Shown: positions 29,851-40,568, counted from the stretch's first letter. The stretch: DNA of 63,999 bases from a virus (IMGVR_UViG_3300022871_000016:1-63999); one strand, 5' to 3'. The notes: generated by a model from the sequence alone, not told the origin. Numbers and translations: made by a program.

Positions 29851-30792
29851 TTAACCGCTAGAGCTACTTGATGAACTAAAGCTACTTGAGCTGAAAGAAC
29901 TGCTTGAACTAAATGAGCTACTTGATGAACTAGAACTACTTGAGCTGAAAGAACTGCTTGAACTAAATGAGCTACTACTTGATGATGAACTAGAAGAATC
30001 ACTACTGCTTGATGATGAACTAGAATTACTTGAACTTGATGAGCTCGAAGAACTTGATGAAAGAGAAGATGAACTCGATGAGCTAGATGAGCTAGAACTT
30101 GAGCTAGATGAGCTAGAACTTGAGCTAGATGAGCTTGAAGAAGATCTACTTGAACTAGACGATGAGCTGGAACTCATTGAACTAGAAGAACTAGAAGAAC
30201 TAAAGTTTCCTTCAGGAGGATTATAAGAACTCCACCTAATCTCTTTTAAATTAATACCGGAATGCAATAACTGATACGCGGCTAATTCTCTAGTTAATTT
30301 ATCATCAGTAAACCTAACTTTAAAATAATATTCATAAGAAAGTAATATCGCGCCACTTGCCGGAATAGGATTGAATGTTATATATGATTTTTCAGTGGTA
30401 AAATTATTGCTTAAAGTGTAGTTTGTATTAGCAACGCCACCAACAGTACAAGAACTATTTGCAGAAACATCAACAGGAAAATTATGAAGTAAAAAAGCGG
30501 CTGTTACTCCATCAGCTGACCCTAATGCTTCATCTGTTATTTGATACTCGGTAAGAATTTTTAATAAAAAATAATCATAAGCGCCTAACCTTGCAATATA
30601 AAAATCCCAAATTACATTCATTGCTGTTTGGGTTAGGAATTTACAAGTAAGGTTATAATCTCTTAATCCATGATCCCATAAAGCATCGCGTTGTTCTATG
30701 CCACTTTCAGAATCACTTATATTGGTATTAAAACTTATAGTTTCTTTTAAACCAAATTCAGGTGTTAATGTTAGTATATTAGTATTAGCCAT
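29851..30792 (-). CDS. Distal tail protein (DUF2460-like) with a ~115-aa poly-Ser C-terminal tail
   Basis: SGIEQRDALW, DFYIARLG, ADGVTAAF and KVRFTDD, then a Ser tract. Confidence 0.85.
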   Translation of the reverse strand: MANTNILTLTPEFGLKETISFNTNISDSESGIEQRDALWDHGLRDYNLTCKFLTQTAMNVIWDFYIARLGAYDYFLLKILTEYQITDEALGSADGVTAAFLLHNFPVDVSANSSCTVGGVANTNYTLSNNFTTEKSYITFNPIPASGAILLSYEYYFKVRFTDDKLTRELAAYQLLHSGINLKEIRWSSYNPPEGNFSSSSSSSSMSSSSSSSSSRSSSSSSSSSSSSSSSSSSSSSSSSSSSLSSSSSSSSSSSNSSSSSSSSDSSSSSSSSSSFSSSSSFSSSSSSSSSSSFSSSSSFSSSSFSSSSSSSG

Positions 30793-32728
30793 ATTTTTGT
30801 GTAATTCCTCTTAATGATTGATTATCCATTATGCTTCTTCCGGAAGCATTTGCATAAATATCTCCGTTCTGCTGTAACCTTTCTCTGAATGATCGTTCAT
30901 CAATAGTTTGAATATAATAATTATTTACTACTCCGCCGCCGCCGCCGGAACCTTCTCCGCGATTAAGCTTATTCAAATTATCTACACCTAAATTGCCCAT
31001 TGCTCTTCGGTTTAATACACCCTCACCCTCAAGTAATGTTGCGGGAACTTCTCCTCCAGAATGAAACTTCTTTCGATACCCAAAACTATTTTTTGAATCC
31101 ATAATATACCCACCAGAATGAGCGCGTGCAGTTCCTGCATTAATAACGGCACCAACAACCCCTCCTGAATATCCTAATAGCCCAGCTGCTTTTTGCCATA
31201 TTGACATTATTATTAAATTAGCAATAATATCTGTAATAGTTTTTAACATTGCATCACCAAATGACACTAATACATCTTTTAATGATTCAAAATCTCCTTT
31301 GATAACCTTAAAAAAACCATCAGACATAGAATTACGCATATTAACAGCAAATGATTTCGTCATTACTTCCATAGCATCGTATTGATCTTTGGCATCTGTT
31401 AACGCAAGCTTTCGTAATTTTGTTACTTTAGCTTGATACCATTCCTCTATCTCTAATTTTCTAGCTGCATTATCTTCAAATACTTTTAGGTATAAAGCAT
31501 ACTCTTGATTTAATTGTTCTATTTGATAATCAGCTCGAGTTCTTTGAAATATTGAATATGTATCTGCCCATTCTTTTTGTGTTGCCATTTTAGCTTGTTC
31601 TGCTTCTATTATTTTACCTTGTTCTTTAAGTCTAATTGAATCCATAAATGATTGAATTTCTAACTGTGTTTTTCTTGTTATCAAAGCAAGTCTTTCTTGT
31701 TGTTTCTCTGCAATCTTATTTGTAAGATTATCAGGTTTCATGAATAAGAAATTTTTCCCACTTATATTCTTGCTAGTTTTAATTAAAATTTGTAACGATT
31801 TATCAACTTTGCTTATTTCTTTATCTAATACCATCATTGCAGTAGAAGCATTTTTACCAGACCACGTATCAAACATATCTTTCATTATTTTCATACCAGC
31901 CTGCAAATGAAATGTTTTATTAAGAAAAAAACCTAAAGCTTCTTTTGCATCACTCCAAGCGTTAGCCATCTGCGCTACGCTACCTGCATAACTTTTTATA
32001 TCTCTTTGAGCTCTTCCAGCCATCTTTCCTTCTATCAATCCAAGAACCATTTCAAATTGTTTGGCTACAGACATGCTTTTAGGTATAGTAACTCCGAACA
32101 ACCTAGATATTTGCATTGTATATCCAACAGCACTTTTTGCTATTAGCTCACCCGCTTCTGATAGGCTTCTTCCGGACCCTGCTGCAAAATCTACAACAGC
32201 TTGGGTTGCTCTTTTTAATTTAGAAGGTACAACTCCGCCTACAGTAATTAATTTTTCCATTACTTCCAATATTGCTTCATCACCGTATCTAGTTGTTTCT
32301 TGAAAAGCAGCAGACAATTCTTTAAGATTATTTTGCATAAATTTAGAAGCAGTACCTTGGATTTCCATAGCAAAGCTAAGACGCTTTACAGCATCTTCTT
32401 GTATCATCATAGCTTTGGTAGCTGATTTAAAAAGATTGATTAATGGTCCTAAAGCAAACATCCAAACAAGTATTATGTTACGCATAGAACCAATAGATCC
32501 TATTAGCTTACCTATTTGAGCGTTGTGGAATCTTGAAAACCTTCCTGCTTTTTCATGTCCTTGCGCCATTTTATCTAAAGCCATAGCAGTTTCAGCCCCA
32601 GTTTTTTGAAATTGGACTCCTACCTTCTTCATGGAATTAATCATTGCTGCATTAGCTTTTATGACTTTACCAGAAGCTTTATCAACAAATGTTGCTCTAA
32701 CTGTAAAATTTTGATCGCCTACTGCCAT
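30785..32728 (-). CDS. Tape measure protein
   Basis: Ala-rich helical protein after the chaperones; FHSGGEVPATLLEGEGVL C-terminal motif. Confidence 0.9.
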   Translation of the reverse strand: MAVGDQNFTVRATFVDKASGKVIKANAAMINSMKKVGVQFQKTGAETAMALDKMAQGHEKAGRFSRFHNAQIGKLIGSIGSMRNIILVWMFALGPLINLFKSATKAMMIQEDAVKRLSFAMEIQGTASKFMQNNLKELSAAFQETTRYGDEAILEVMEKLITVGGVVPSKLKRATQAVVDFAAGSGRSLSEAGELIAKSAVGYTMQISRLFGVTIPKSMSVAKQFEMVLGLIEGKMAGRAQRDIKSYAGSVAQMANAWSDAKEALGFFLNKTFHLQAGMKIMKDMFDTWSGKNASTAMMVLDKEISKVDKSLQILIKTSKNISGKNFLFMKPDNLTNKIAEKQQERLALITRKTQLEIQSFMDSIRLKEQGKIIEAEQAKMATQKEWADTYSIFQRTRADYQIEQLNQEYALYLKVFEDNAARKLEIEEWYQAKVTKLRKLALTDAKDQYDAMEVMTKSFAVNMRNSMSDGFFKVIKGDFESLKDVLVSFGDAMLKTITDIIANLIIMSIWQKAAGLLGYSGGVVGAVINAGTARAHSGGYIMDSKNSFGYRKKFHSGGEVPATLLEGEGVLNRRAMGNLGVDNLNKLNRGEGSGGGGGVVNNYYIQTIDERSFRERLQQNGDIYANASGRSIMDNQSLRGITQKYG

Positions 32729-32729
32729 A

Positions 32730-33448
32730 TTACACCTTATGTTTACTGTTCATTACTTTTATCTCAGCTGATTCTAAAATGTCGAATATATCTAATAGTT
32801 TTGCTGGTTGCTGTGCAACACTACCGGGGAAAGGTAACAATCCTTTTTTATAATATTCATAATATTTTATATACGTTTTTACCTCTGGTGGTAGCATTTT
32901 TGCTATGCACCTATCCGCTGGCTTACCATCTATTAAATATGGCTGAATTGGTTTGCCATTACACCCACGAAATTTCTTTTGATGTTCATTACAATCGTGG
33001 CAATTAAGGCCTAAGCTTGACACCTCAACTGCCAATATTAGTTTTTTTCTAAATCTTCACCAACCTCGTTTTCACCCCAAATTATTGCGGCTAATTCATT
33101 TATTACAAATAAAGGAATTGCTCTCATAGTTTCATCAGCAACAACTTCAATTTCAATATTGAAAACTTTTTCTTTTTTTGTTTTAAACTCTAATTCTTTT
33201 CCATTGATCTTGAAGTTTTTAAATCCTTTTAATCCATATTTTAAGATAGTAAAATTATTTTGTGTATAATCAATATCTCCTTGAACGTAAACTGGTTTAT
33301 CATCTTTTATCTCAATTTTACCAAAGCTTGAAATAAACTTTGATTTCATAATAGAGTCTAATGGACCTATTAACCAAATTGTAGGATTTACTTTATCCTT
33401 TTCTAATGTGTATTCTTTTGTCATTCCGACACTGATTGGATCTACCAC
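32730..33448 (-). CDS. Tail assembly chaperone G (33038-33448) and G-T extension by -1 frameshift
   Basis: Slippery A AAA AAC at 33041-33047 just before the stop; ORF 32730-33035 lies in the -1 frame, before the tape measure gene. Confidence 0.85.
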
Positions 33449-33459
33449 GACACCCTCCT

Positions 33460-33936
33460 TTAATAACTATAGGTTGATTTAGTTCTTTTAGCTTTTTCTT
33501 TTCTCTCTTTCATCCATCGTCTAAATCTTTCTTTAGACCATTGCCTAGATTTTGCATCAAATCCTAAAAACGCTCTTATTATAGGGTATATTTCCTGATG
33601 AATATACCCTACTAAATCTCTTTTTGGTTTACCTCTAGGAATTATACCAACTTCAAATGCATTTTTACTTCTTTGATAAACATGAATTGCACGATACATA
33701 ATTCCTTTTCTATACAATGCTCTTGTAGGATAGTCACTTCCTTCTCTTCTTTTATCTTTAATTGTTTTTACTGATAAACCTTTAAATGCGTGTCCTTTAA
33801 TGCTAGTTTGTGTGCGTATATTCCTTCTTGAACTTTCAGCAATTTTTCTAGCAACTTGACCTAATGGAATAGATGCATCACTATAATCAGGATTAGAAAC
33901 ATCAATATCTATTCTGCATTTAAAACTACTAGGCAT
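33460..33936 (-). CDS. Tail completion/virion morphogenesis protein (Mu gpG-like)
   Basis: Basic protein with LSVKTIKDK, ALYRKGIMY and IHQ...RAFLGF. Confidence 0.7.
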   Translation of the reverse strand: MPSSFKCRIDIDVSNPDYSDASIPLGQVARKIAESSRRNIRTQTSIKGHAFKGLSVKTIKDKRREGSDYPTRALYRKGIMYRAIHVYQRSKNAFEVGIIPRGKPKRDLVGYIHQEIYPIIRAFLGFDAKSRQWSKERFRRWMKERKEKAKRTKSTYSY

Positions 33937-33946
33937 TCATATCCTT

Positions 33947-34966
33947 TTAAGCACTCTCACTACTAGAACTTGACGAACTAGAACTGCTTGAACTATTTGA
34001 ACTACTTGAGCTAGATGAACTAGATGATGTTCCCATAGTAATTGTTATCTCATCATTACCCGCGTCTGAATTCTTACAAATTTCGCAAGTAGCACTTAAC
34101 GCCGCAATACCACTTCTATCAGCTTCTTTTAATCCTGTGTACCTTACTGCCGGCAATGAAAAAGTAATATTATTTCCATTGCTATCATTCATATTAATCA
34201 CTACAGCCATTGTAGAACGAGAAAGTATCTTTGAATAAAAATCATGGCTAGCAATAGAAACTAATTCAGGGTCAAATGACATTTGTGGATTTCTACCAAC
34301 TATTTTAGCATAATCAATACCAGATGAATCTTGAGGTCTAGGAGATATAACAACTTCATTCTGCATATCAATTTCTAAAGTATCCATTACTAAACTATCA
34401 CTGTCAATAGTAACAGTTGCACCCATAAAAATTAAAGGAACTTGTTCCGGGTATGTAGGAGTTAACAGTGCAGTATCGCTATGTTCGTAATATTTACCTT
34501 CCATTGCAAATTCACAAAAAACAGGTTCACCAACTTTAAACTGAAATTTAACATTACCGGCACAACCTGACATTGTTTTTCTTATTCCATCTAAGTATTT
34601 AGCTACTGTACAGGTAACAAAACTACTTGATACAGGAACATAAATATTAGATGTTCCAACTGAAAGGCTTTCTGACAATCCACAAGAACGAAGAAACGGC
34701 GTTAGTGGTAGTGTTGTTCCTTTTGATCCGGATATTGGCCCCATTAACTCAGCTTTAAAAGCAAGCGACATTTTCCTTGCACCAGGCTCAGAAGCAAACC
34801 TAGACATATGCTTCACAACAGGATTTCTTTTATACTGTTCAAAATCAGCATCTAACACTGGCTCATATGACAGTATTGTAGCTTGTGCTGCTGCTAATGT
34901 TTCTGCTGTTCCACTAATAGTTTCTACTTTTCCTGCTAATTGAGCAACTCTTGATATTTTAGCCAT
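33947..34966 (-). CDS. Major tail tube protein with a short poly-Ser C-terminus
   Basis: Size, position and beta-rich tube-like pattern, ending NDEITITMGT plus about 25 Ser-rich residues. Confidence 0.8.
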   Translation of the reverse strand: MAKISRVAQLAGKVETISGTAETLAAAQATILSYEPVLDADFEQYKRNPVVKHMSRFASEPGARKMSLAFKAELMGPISGSKGTTLPLTPFLRSCGLSESLSVGTSNIYVPVSSSFVTCTVAKYLDGIRKTMSGCAGNVKFQFKVGEPVFCEFAMEGKYYEHSDTALLTPTYPEQVPLIFMGATVTIDSDSLVMDTLEIDMQNEVVISPRPQDSSGIDYAKIVGRNPQMSFDPELVSIASHDFYSKILSRSTMAVVINMNDSNGNNITFSLPAVRYTGLKEADRSGIAALSATCEICKNSDAGNDEITITMGTSSSSSSSSSSNSSSSSSSSSSSSESA

Positions 34967-34980
34967 TTTCTTTCCCTCCT

Positions 34981-35427
34981 TTAAATAATTCTATCATCAA
35001 TATTAATTGTTATATCGCATTTATGACATAAAACTGCACCTAACATTACCATTGAAAACTCTCCGGTAATAGGAATATGCACGATATTTGCTGTTCCGCC
35101 TAATGTTGGATCACTGATAAAACTAGCACAAATAGTTTCAATAAGGTCTTGAAATGTTTTTTCTGTGGCTAATTCATCATAAAAAGAATAGAAACCACTA
35201 ATTATAAAAGTATTATTTACATCTTCAACATCACCTGACCCCCCATGCCCAATCCTTTCAAAAGAAGTCCTTTCTATTTCCCAAGTGTTTACTTTAGAAT
35301 CCTTAACAAACAAGGTATTATATGTAGTAAGGTCGCTACAGAAACGTTTATAATCATAAACATTTTCTACACCTGATATTGCTTCAAGCTTAGTTTTTAT
35401 TTGTGTTCTAATTAATGCTAATGACAT
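34981..35427 (-). CDS. Tail terminator/neck protein
   Basis: IRTQIKTKLEAISGV start and DPTLGG motif. Confidence 0.7.
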   Translation of the reverse strand: MSLALIRTQIKTKLEAISGVENVYDYKRFCSDLTTYNTLFVKDSKVNTWEIERTSFERIGHGGSGDVEDVNNTFIISGFYSFYDELATEKTFQDLIETICASFISDPTLGGTANIVHIPITGEFSMVMLGAVLCHKCDITINIDDRII

Positions 35428-35511
35428 GCATAATAAAGCGGAAGGATAGATGTAAAAATCACCATATGTTCATCTATCTCCGCCTTCTCCTAAATCTCTT
35501 TGCTTGGGGAA

Positions 35512-36234
35512 TTATCGCCATCTAATAGGATGTGTTAACATATCTTCTTTCCATGAGTATTCCATGTCAAGATCTTTAACCGCAATCCCAGCAGAGGCCG
35601 CACCTGAATTCTTAGATTCTATACCTAGACCCATTAATGAATTATAAACTGACATCTTCTCTTTTGCTAAGGATGCATAAAGATCAGATTTCCGTTGATA
35701 ATCAATAACATCAGCTTCGATAGTAGAATCAGTAGTTTGTGCAAATTTAGCCGCGAGAGCCCAAAAACAAAGAGCGGCAGTTAGATTAGTAACTGCCTCT
35801 ATATAACTATCATTTATAGTACAAGTTTCCTCATTTAATATTTGAGGTAACGCATATTCATATTTTAATATTTTACCATTCGCAGGGATGAAACTTAAAA
35901 TGCGAATATAAGTAGTCATCACACTCTCAACGTTCTTTTTAAAGAACTTCCAATCTATCTGTTCAAGATAACTAGGATTTTGATAATCATCAGCTGGATA
36001 TTCAATCTGTCCAATAATATAAGAAGTACCTTCTACCCAATCGCTAGGAAGAGCAAAATCATAAGAAGAACCATCTCCTGTTGATTCTTTTATCTTAGTG
36101 TTTGGTTTATCTTTAGAAAAGATTACTACAGATTGCGTTAAAATACGATACTTATCATCAGGTTGCAGTTTTTCAGCATCATCCTGTAGTGCAGTTTCTA
36201 ATCGTGTTAAATAATCTTCTCTAGTATAAGACAC
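35512..36234 (-). CDS. Head-tail adaptor protein
   Basis: Position; YDFALPSDW motif and helical C-terminus. Confidence 0.6.
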   Translation of the reverse strand: MSYTREDYLTRLETALQDDAEKLQPDDKYRILTQSVVIFSKDKPNTKIKESTGDGSSYDFALPSDWVEGTSYIIGQIEYPADDYQNPSYLEQIDWKFFKKNVESVMTTYIRILSFIPANGKILKYEYALPQILNEETCTINDSYIEAVTNLTAALCFWALAAKFAQTTDSTIEADVIDYQRKSDLYASLAKEKMSVYNSLMGLGIESKNSGAASAGIAVKDLDMEYSWKEDMLTHPIRWR

Positions 36235-36243
36235 AATACCCCC

Positions 36244-36537
36244 TTAAGAAGAACTCGAACTCGACGAAGAAGAACTCGACGAAGAAGAACTCGACGAAGA
36301 AGAACTCGACGAAGAAGAACTCGAGCTATATGAACTCGAACTAGAACTAGAACTCGAACTAGAATAAGTATTTGTATTAGGAACTACTTTACCAGTTAGC
36401 TGATGTTTTCTTCGTTCATTCATAATAAAATTGCAGTCATTTTCAACAACGTTGAACAATCCACATGCAATATTCTCACAAACAATTCCTGCACCGGCAT
36501 TATTTTTAAAAGGGCATTTATAAGCGGGATATGCCAT
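36244..36537 (-). CDS. Small Cys-rich virion-module protein with a 39-aa poly-Ser tail
   Basis: CPF...C...C...C, then a Ser tract; RBS AAGGAG. Confidence 0.7.
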   Translation of the reverse strand: MAYPAYKCPFKNNAGAGIVCENIACGLFNVVENDCNFIMNERRKHQLTGKVVPNTNTYSSSSSSSSSSSYSSSSSSSSSSSSSSSSSSSSSSSSSSS

Positions 36538-36555
36538 TATCTATCTCCTTTAGTA

Positions 36556-36583
36556 ACCCTTGGCGGAGTTTACCGCCAAGGGT
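36556..36583 (-). terminator. Intergenic 11-bp hairpin
   Basis: acccttggcgg/ccgccaagggt. Confidence 0.5.
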
Positions 36584-36594
36584 AGGTTTAACTT

Positions 36595-37149
36595 TTAACT
36601 AGATTCGCTTGAGCTCGAACTAGATGAGCTAGAACTACTTGAGTTTGATGAGCTTGAGCTTGAGCTTGAGCTACTTGAGCTACTTGAGCTTGAGCTACTC
36701 GAGCTTAATGAACTACTTGATGAACTTAATGAGCTACTTGAGCTACTTGATGAACTTGATGAGCTACTGGAAAAAGATGATGAACTGGATGATGAACTAG
36801 AAGTATTTCCAGCTACAGTTACATTTAATGCGTACCAATAACTGCCGTCACACCAAAACTCAGCAGATTCATACTTTCCTATATTAGCAGTATCATAACT
36901 AGCTCCCCCACCACCAAATCCGGCAGCAACATATACAATGCCTTGATCAGATGTATTAACATAAACACTAGCGCCTTTTAAACTATCACTAGCGGCAGGT
37001 AAAGTTAGTGTATTTCCTGAAGTTAATTTAACAAATAAAGATCCACTTCTTTCAACATCATTCTCTGTCAGAGAGTAATCTGCGGATTTACTTAGGGTTG
37101 TACCCCTACGGTTAGCGACACTATATTTATATCTGGTAGGTTTTGGCAT
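36595..37149 (-). CDS. Putative capsid decoration protein B with a 68-aa poly-Ser tail
   Basis: Paralog of 37167-37508 (LTLPAAS, GFGGGGASYDT, EFWCDGSYWYAL). Confidence 0.7.
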   Translation of the reverse strand: MPKPTRYKYSVANRRGTTLSKSADYSLTENDVERSGSLFVKLTSGNTLTLPAASDSLKGASVYVNTSDQGIVYVAAGFGGGGASYDTANIGKYESAEFWCDGSYWYALNVTVAGNTSSSSSSSSSFSSSSSSSSSSSSSSLSSSSSSLSSSSSSSSSSSSSSSSSSSSNSSSSSSSSSSSSESS

Positions 37150-37166
37150 AATTGTCCTCCTTTATT

Positions 37167-37508
37167 TTAGCTAGCACCAACCGCATTAGATAATGCGTAC
37201 CAATAACTGCCGTCACACCAAAACTCTATAGTATTATATGCTCCTACGGTTACAGTATCATAACTAGCACCACCACCACCAAAACCAGCAACAACAGCTA
37301 CTTTAGATGAACCGCTACTTCCAAAAACATATACACTTGTACCTTTTAAATTTCCACTAGCGGCAGGCAATGTTAACTTATGACCATCAACTTTAAAAAA
37401 CTGACCGGATCTTAAAATATCATTTTCTAATATTGTATAATCTGCTGTTTTAGAGAGAACAGTACCTCTTTCATTTGCTACTCCATATTTATATCTTGTG
37501 AATTTCAT
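37167..37508 (-). CDS. Putative capsid decoration protein A (no Ser tail)
   Basis: Directly downstream of the capsid gene; paralog of the next gene. Confidence 0.7.
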   Translation of the reverse strand: MKFTRYKYGVANERGTVLSKTADYTILENDILRSGQFFKVDGHKLTLPAASGNLKGTSVYVFGSSGSSKVAVVAGFGGGGASYDTVTVGAYNTIEFWCDGSYWYALSNAVGAS

Positions 37509-37597
37509 TTAAAAAATCCTCCTTAATATTAGGTATTTTCCAACCTAACAGCTGTGTCGGGAGATTTCTCCCCCGACCATCGCCATTAATTCGGTTA

Positions 37598-40180
37598 TTA
37601 AGTTACAATCGCCCCTGCAAACGCTCTGAAATCAACAACTGCTCCGCCGTATTCATGACGAACTTTGTAGCGGATCGTATCATAGGTAAATACGTTTCCG
37701 ACAGTAGGTTGATCTTGAACCAAAATTTCTGGTTCTTCTTTACCATTTAAAAACCCTATTTCTATTCCTTCTACGTCAGAAATCTTAGATGAAATATAGT
37801 AATTATTTTCATCACCACGTAAGAATGGGCTTTGTTCTACTTCAAACTGATTTCTCAGTGTATTAATTCCACCTTCAGCATTCTCTGGATGTTTTTCTGA
37901 TTTCTGTAATGCCAATGCAGTACCATTCAAAGCACGAGGTACCCATAGGATAGGTTTCTCTAATGCTAAGAACTGAGTAACTTTTCTTACATCAACTGCA
38001 ACTAAATGCTGAGCATCAGTTGTTCCAAACATTCCTCTTGCAATAGTCAATGCATCAGTAGATACTGAATCTACACGAACAATTTCTCCGTCTAGCCAGG
38101 CATAATCTCCGGCTTTGAAATACTGACCAGTTCCAGCAGTAACATCTAATGTTGTAGCAGCTGCTTCTAATTGTGTTGCCACGTCAGTTTTATATCCTAA
38201 CTCACACTGATACCACATATCATTAAGCAAGTCCTGAAGATTATCGTAACCTAATGCACCTGTGCGATAATTCTTATGAGATGCAATGTAAAGAACTGCA
38301 CTATCATAAATAGTAGCAGTATTGATTCCAGAAGCTCCATACCCTAACATTAAATCAAACGCAAATTGATTCAAAGTATATCCAGCTGCTTTCCCAACTC
38401 TTTTAGGAATTCCTGTCAATACTTTCAAATCATCATCAATGATTGATCTTCTTGTTACTGTGATTACTCCACCTTTAGTCATCACAGCGTATGTTGCCTC
38501 GGTATCGCCAGGGAACCCTAATTCAGGGTATGTAGGAGTTGCACTATCTATTGGTGTTCCGGCAACTGTTCTAGCTGCTTGCACTGTAGGAAGCACTCCA
38601 AAACCACCCCATTGAATTCTTTCCTGTAATTTAAAATCTTTGATAGGTGTTGACACTGCTATCTTTTTCCATAGTTCAGGTATTGCTCTATATTCAGGAA
38701 GCATTCTTCTTTGCATAGAATAACCTAAAGCGTAGGAAAATGTAGTGTTATCATCAACAACTGATTCGCTTAATCTAGACAATGCACGAGGTCCTAATCT
38801 TCCGGATACTTCTGCATCATCAGTAAAAGCAACATAAGCTTCTTTTAATGATCTAAAACCATCAATATCTTTGTACTTATCTTTATCTACGTCACTAGGT
38901 TTGTAACCTAACATTAAATCCATAGATGCTTGAACGCGGGTGATAGGATCTCTTTTCACAAAAGAGCCGTCAAAATCACCACCAAAATCAATAACTGCTT
39001 TGCTTTCAACTAATTTTGCCAATGTATCACGCTCTGCTTTAACAGATTCTTTTATCTCTGATTCTTTAAACACCTTGTTTTTAAAGGAATTACGAATTTT
39101 ATGTTTGATTACTTCTGGCAAGTTGCTTTCAGATAAAGCAACTTCTAATAGCTCTTTGCATTCTCTAATAGCTAGTTTGCTATTTATAGCATCTAATTTA
39201 GATTCTAAATCTTTATTTTTATTCTCTAAATCTTCTTGTTTCTTTGCTTCTTTTGCAGCAGCATCTTGTTCCACTTTTAGCAAAGCTTTCTTTTTCTTTA
39301 AATCTCCGGGGCTTAATGTTTTATCATCAGCATTAAGCAAATCATTATCTGACATTTTTTGTTCATTTGTTATAGCATTAAGTAAAGCTTCTGCTTCCTC
39401 ATATTTCTTGTCTTTCATTTTACCGACAATCTCTTCAAGGTTATCAGCCTTGTCTGAATTTTTCTCTTTAGCTTCTTTAGCTAATGATTCAAAAATACTT
39501 ACTACTTCTTCTTCTGTGATATTAGCGATATCTACGCTTTCTAATATCTTCGAATTAAACCTTTTCAACGATTCGATAATCTTCTTAAACATCTGTTCCA
39601 TACCTCCTTTTGTATTGAAACTTTCAATTATTTTTAGTAACCCGCCGCCCGCCGCAGGCTGAGTCACGAAATCGGTACTGAAAACCTTACTTATTCCATT
39701 GACAACTGTTATCGGTTGCCCATTCATCATACGCACGCTTGACGGCCCCTCAGCATTTATGGAAAGTCCAAGTAGGTTTTTTAATCCTTTTTTCCAAGCA
39801 TTTGTAAGCATTTGCTTCAAATCTTTAACTCTTGAGTTTTTTTCTAATAAGTGTAAAGATGCAGTTAAACCAGCGACTTCTCTACCTTCAACCTTAACTG
39901 TTTCAAACTTCACATTATCAAGGTAGCCGGCTGTTTGTAGAGGAAATCCTTCCGGACACATCTTTTCAACGGATAAAGGTATGTGGTCAAAATGCTTGTC
40001 TTTCCACTCATAAAAACAAACTTTTGATTTTTCAAATAAAGGAATAGATTTTTGGAGGGCTTCCTTTGTATAGTATTTGCCGTTTTTCGACAGTCCTTCT
40101 TCGATCACCATTACTTTCCACTTATCGCCAGAAGAACTACTTTCTAAGAATGAAGCAATATGTAAATGATTATATTTCAT
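37598..40180 (-). CDS. Prohead protease-scaffold-major capsid polyprotein (Mu gpT-like capsid)
   Basis: GLSKNGKYY, GLSINA and STDFVTQPAAGG protease motifs; charged coiled-coil scaffold; ITVTRRSIIDDDL, FLNGKEEP and YKVRHEYG capsid motifs. Confidence 0.88.
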   Translation of the reverse strand: MKYNHLHIASFLESSSSGDKWKVMVIEEGLSKNGKYYTKEALQKSIPLFEKSKVCFYEWKDKHFDHIPLSVEKMCPEGFPLQTAGYLDNVKFETVKVEGREVAGLTASLHLLEKNSRVKDLKQMLTNAWKKGLKNLLGLSINAEGPSSVRMMNGQPITVVNGISKVFSTDFVTQPAAGGGLLKIIESFNTKGGMEQMFKKIIESLKRFNSKILESVDIANITEEEVVSIFESLAKEAKEKNSDKADNLEEIVGKMKDKKYEEAEALLNAITNEQKMSDNDLLNADDKTLSPGDLKKKKALLKVEQDAAAKEAKKQEDLENKNKDLESKLDAINSKLAIRECKELLEVALSESNLPEVIKHKIRNSFKNKVFKESEIKESVKAERDTLAKLVESKAVIDFGGDFDGSFVKRDPITRVQASMDLMLGYKPSDVDKDKYKDIDGFRSLKEAYVAFTDDAEVSGRLGPRALSRLSESVVDDNTTFSYALGYSMQRRMLPEYRAIPELWKKIAVSTPIKDFKLQERIQWGGFGVLPTVQAARTVAGTPIDSATPTYPELGFPGDTEATYAVMTKGGVITVTRRSIIDDDLKVLTGIPKRVGKAAGYTLNQFAFDLMLGYGASGINTATIYDSAVLYIASHKNYRTGALGYDNLQDLLNDMWYQCELGYKTDVATQLEAAATTLDVTAGTGQYFKAGDYAWLDGEIVRVDSVSTDALTIARGMFGTTDAQHLVAVDVRKVTQFLALEKPILWVPRALNGTALALQKSEKHPENAEGGINTLRNQFEVEQSPFLRGDENNYYISSKISDVEGIEIGFLNGKEEPEILVQDQPTVGNVFTYDTIRYKVRHEYGGAVVDFRAFAGAIVT

Positions 40181-40497
40181 TAAATTATCACACCTGATAA
40201 CTCTTTAGTTATCCTATTGATAATGTCAGCTCTTGTTTCTTTCTTATCCGGGCTACTAGCAGGTTCAAACGCAGTATATTCTATACTATGTTTTTTTAAC
40301 CATTCTTTAGCTTCAGTATGAGTGAATTGGTGTTTTCCAAATCGATAAGATTGAACCTTCATAGGAGAGTTAGAATCTCCTTTAGATTTTTGCATTACTA
40401 TGCTTATACCAGAAGCAATTGATTTACGAGCAAAAATACCAGAGTTCTGTGGTAATGGTTCTGCGACCCGACAGGTGTGTTCAGTTGGATAAGGCAT
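40180..40497 (-). CDS. Head-associated small protein
   Basis: PYPTEHTCR...VQSYRF...FTHTEAKEWL, a motif I associate with prohead protease loci. Confidence 0.6.
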   Translation of the reverse strand: MPYPTEHTCRVAEPLPQNSGIFARKSIASGISIVMQKSKGDSNSPMKVQSYRFGKHQFTHTEAKEWLKKHSIEYTAFEPASSPDKKETRADIINRITKELSGVII

Positions 40498-40539
40498 TTT
40501 ACCTCCTGTGAATAAACTGTTAAAAACCTATACACTTAA

Positions 40540-40568
40540 AATATAGTCTTATTTTTTATAAATGTCAA
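40540..40568 (-). promoter_or_regulatory. Sigma70-type promoter for the capsid genes
   Basis: TTGACA-17 bp-TATATT on the minus strand, intergenic. Confidence 0.7.
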
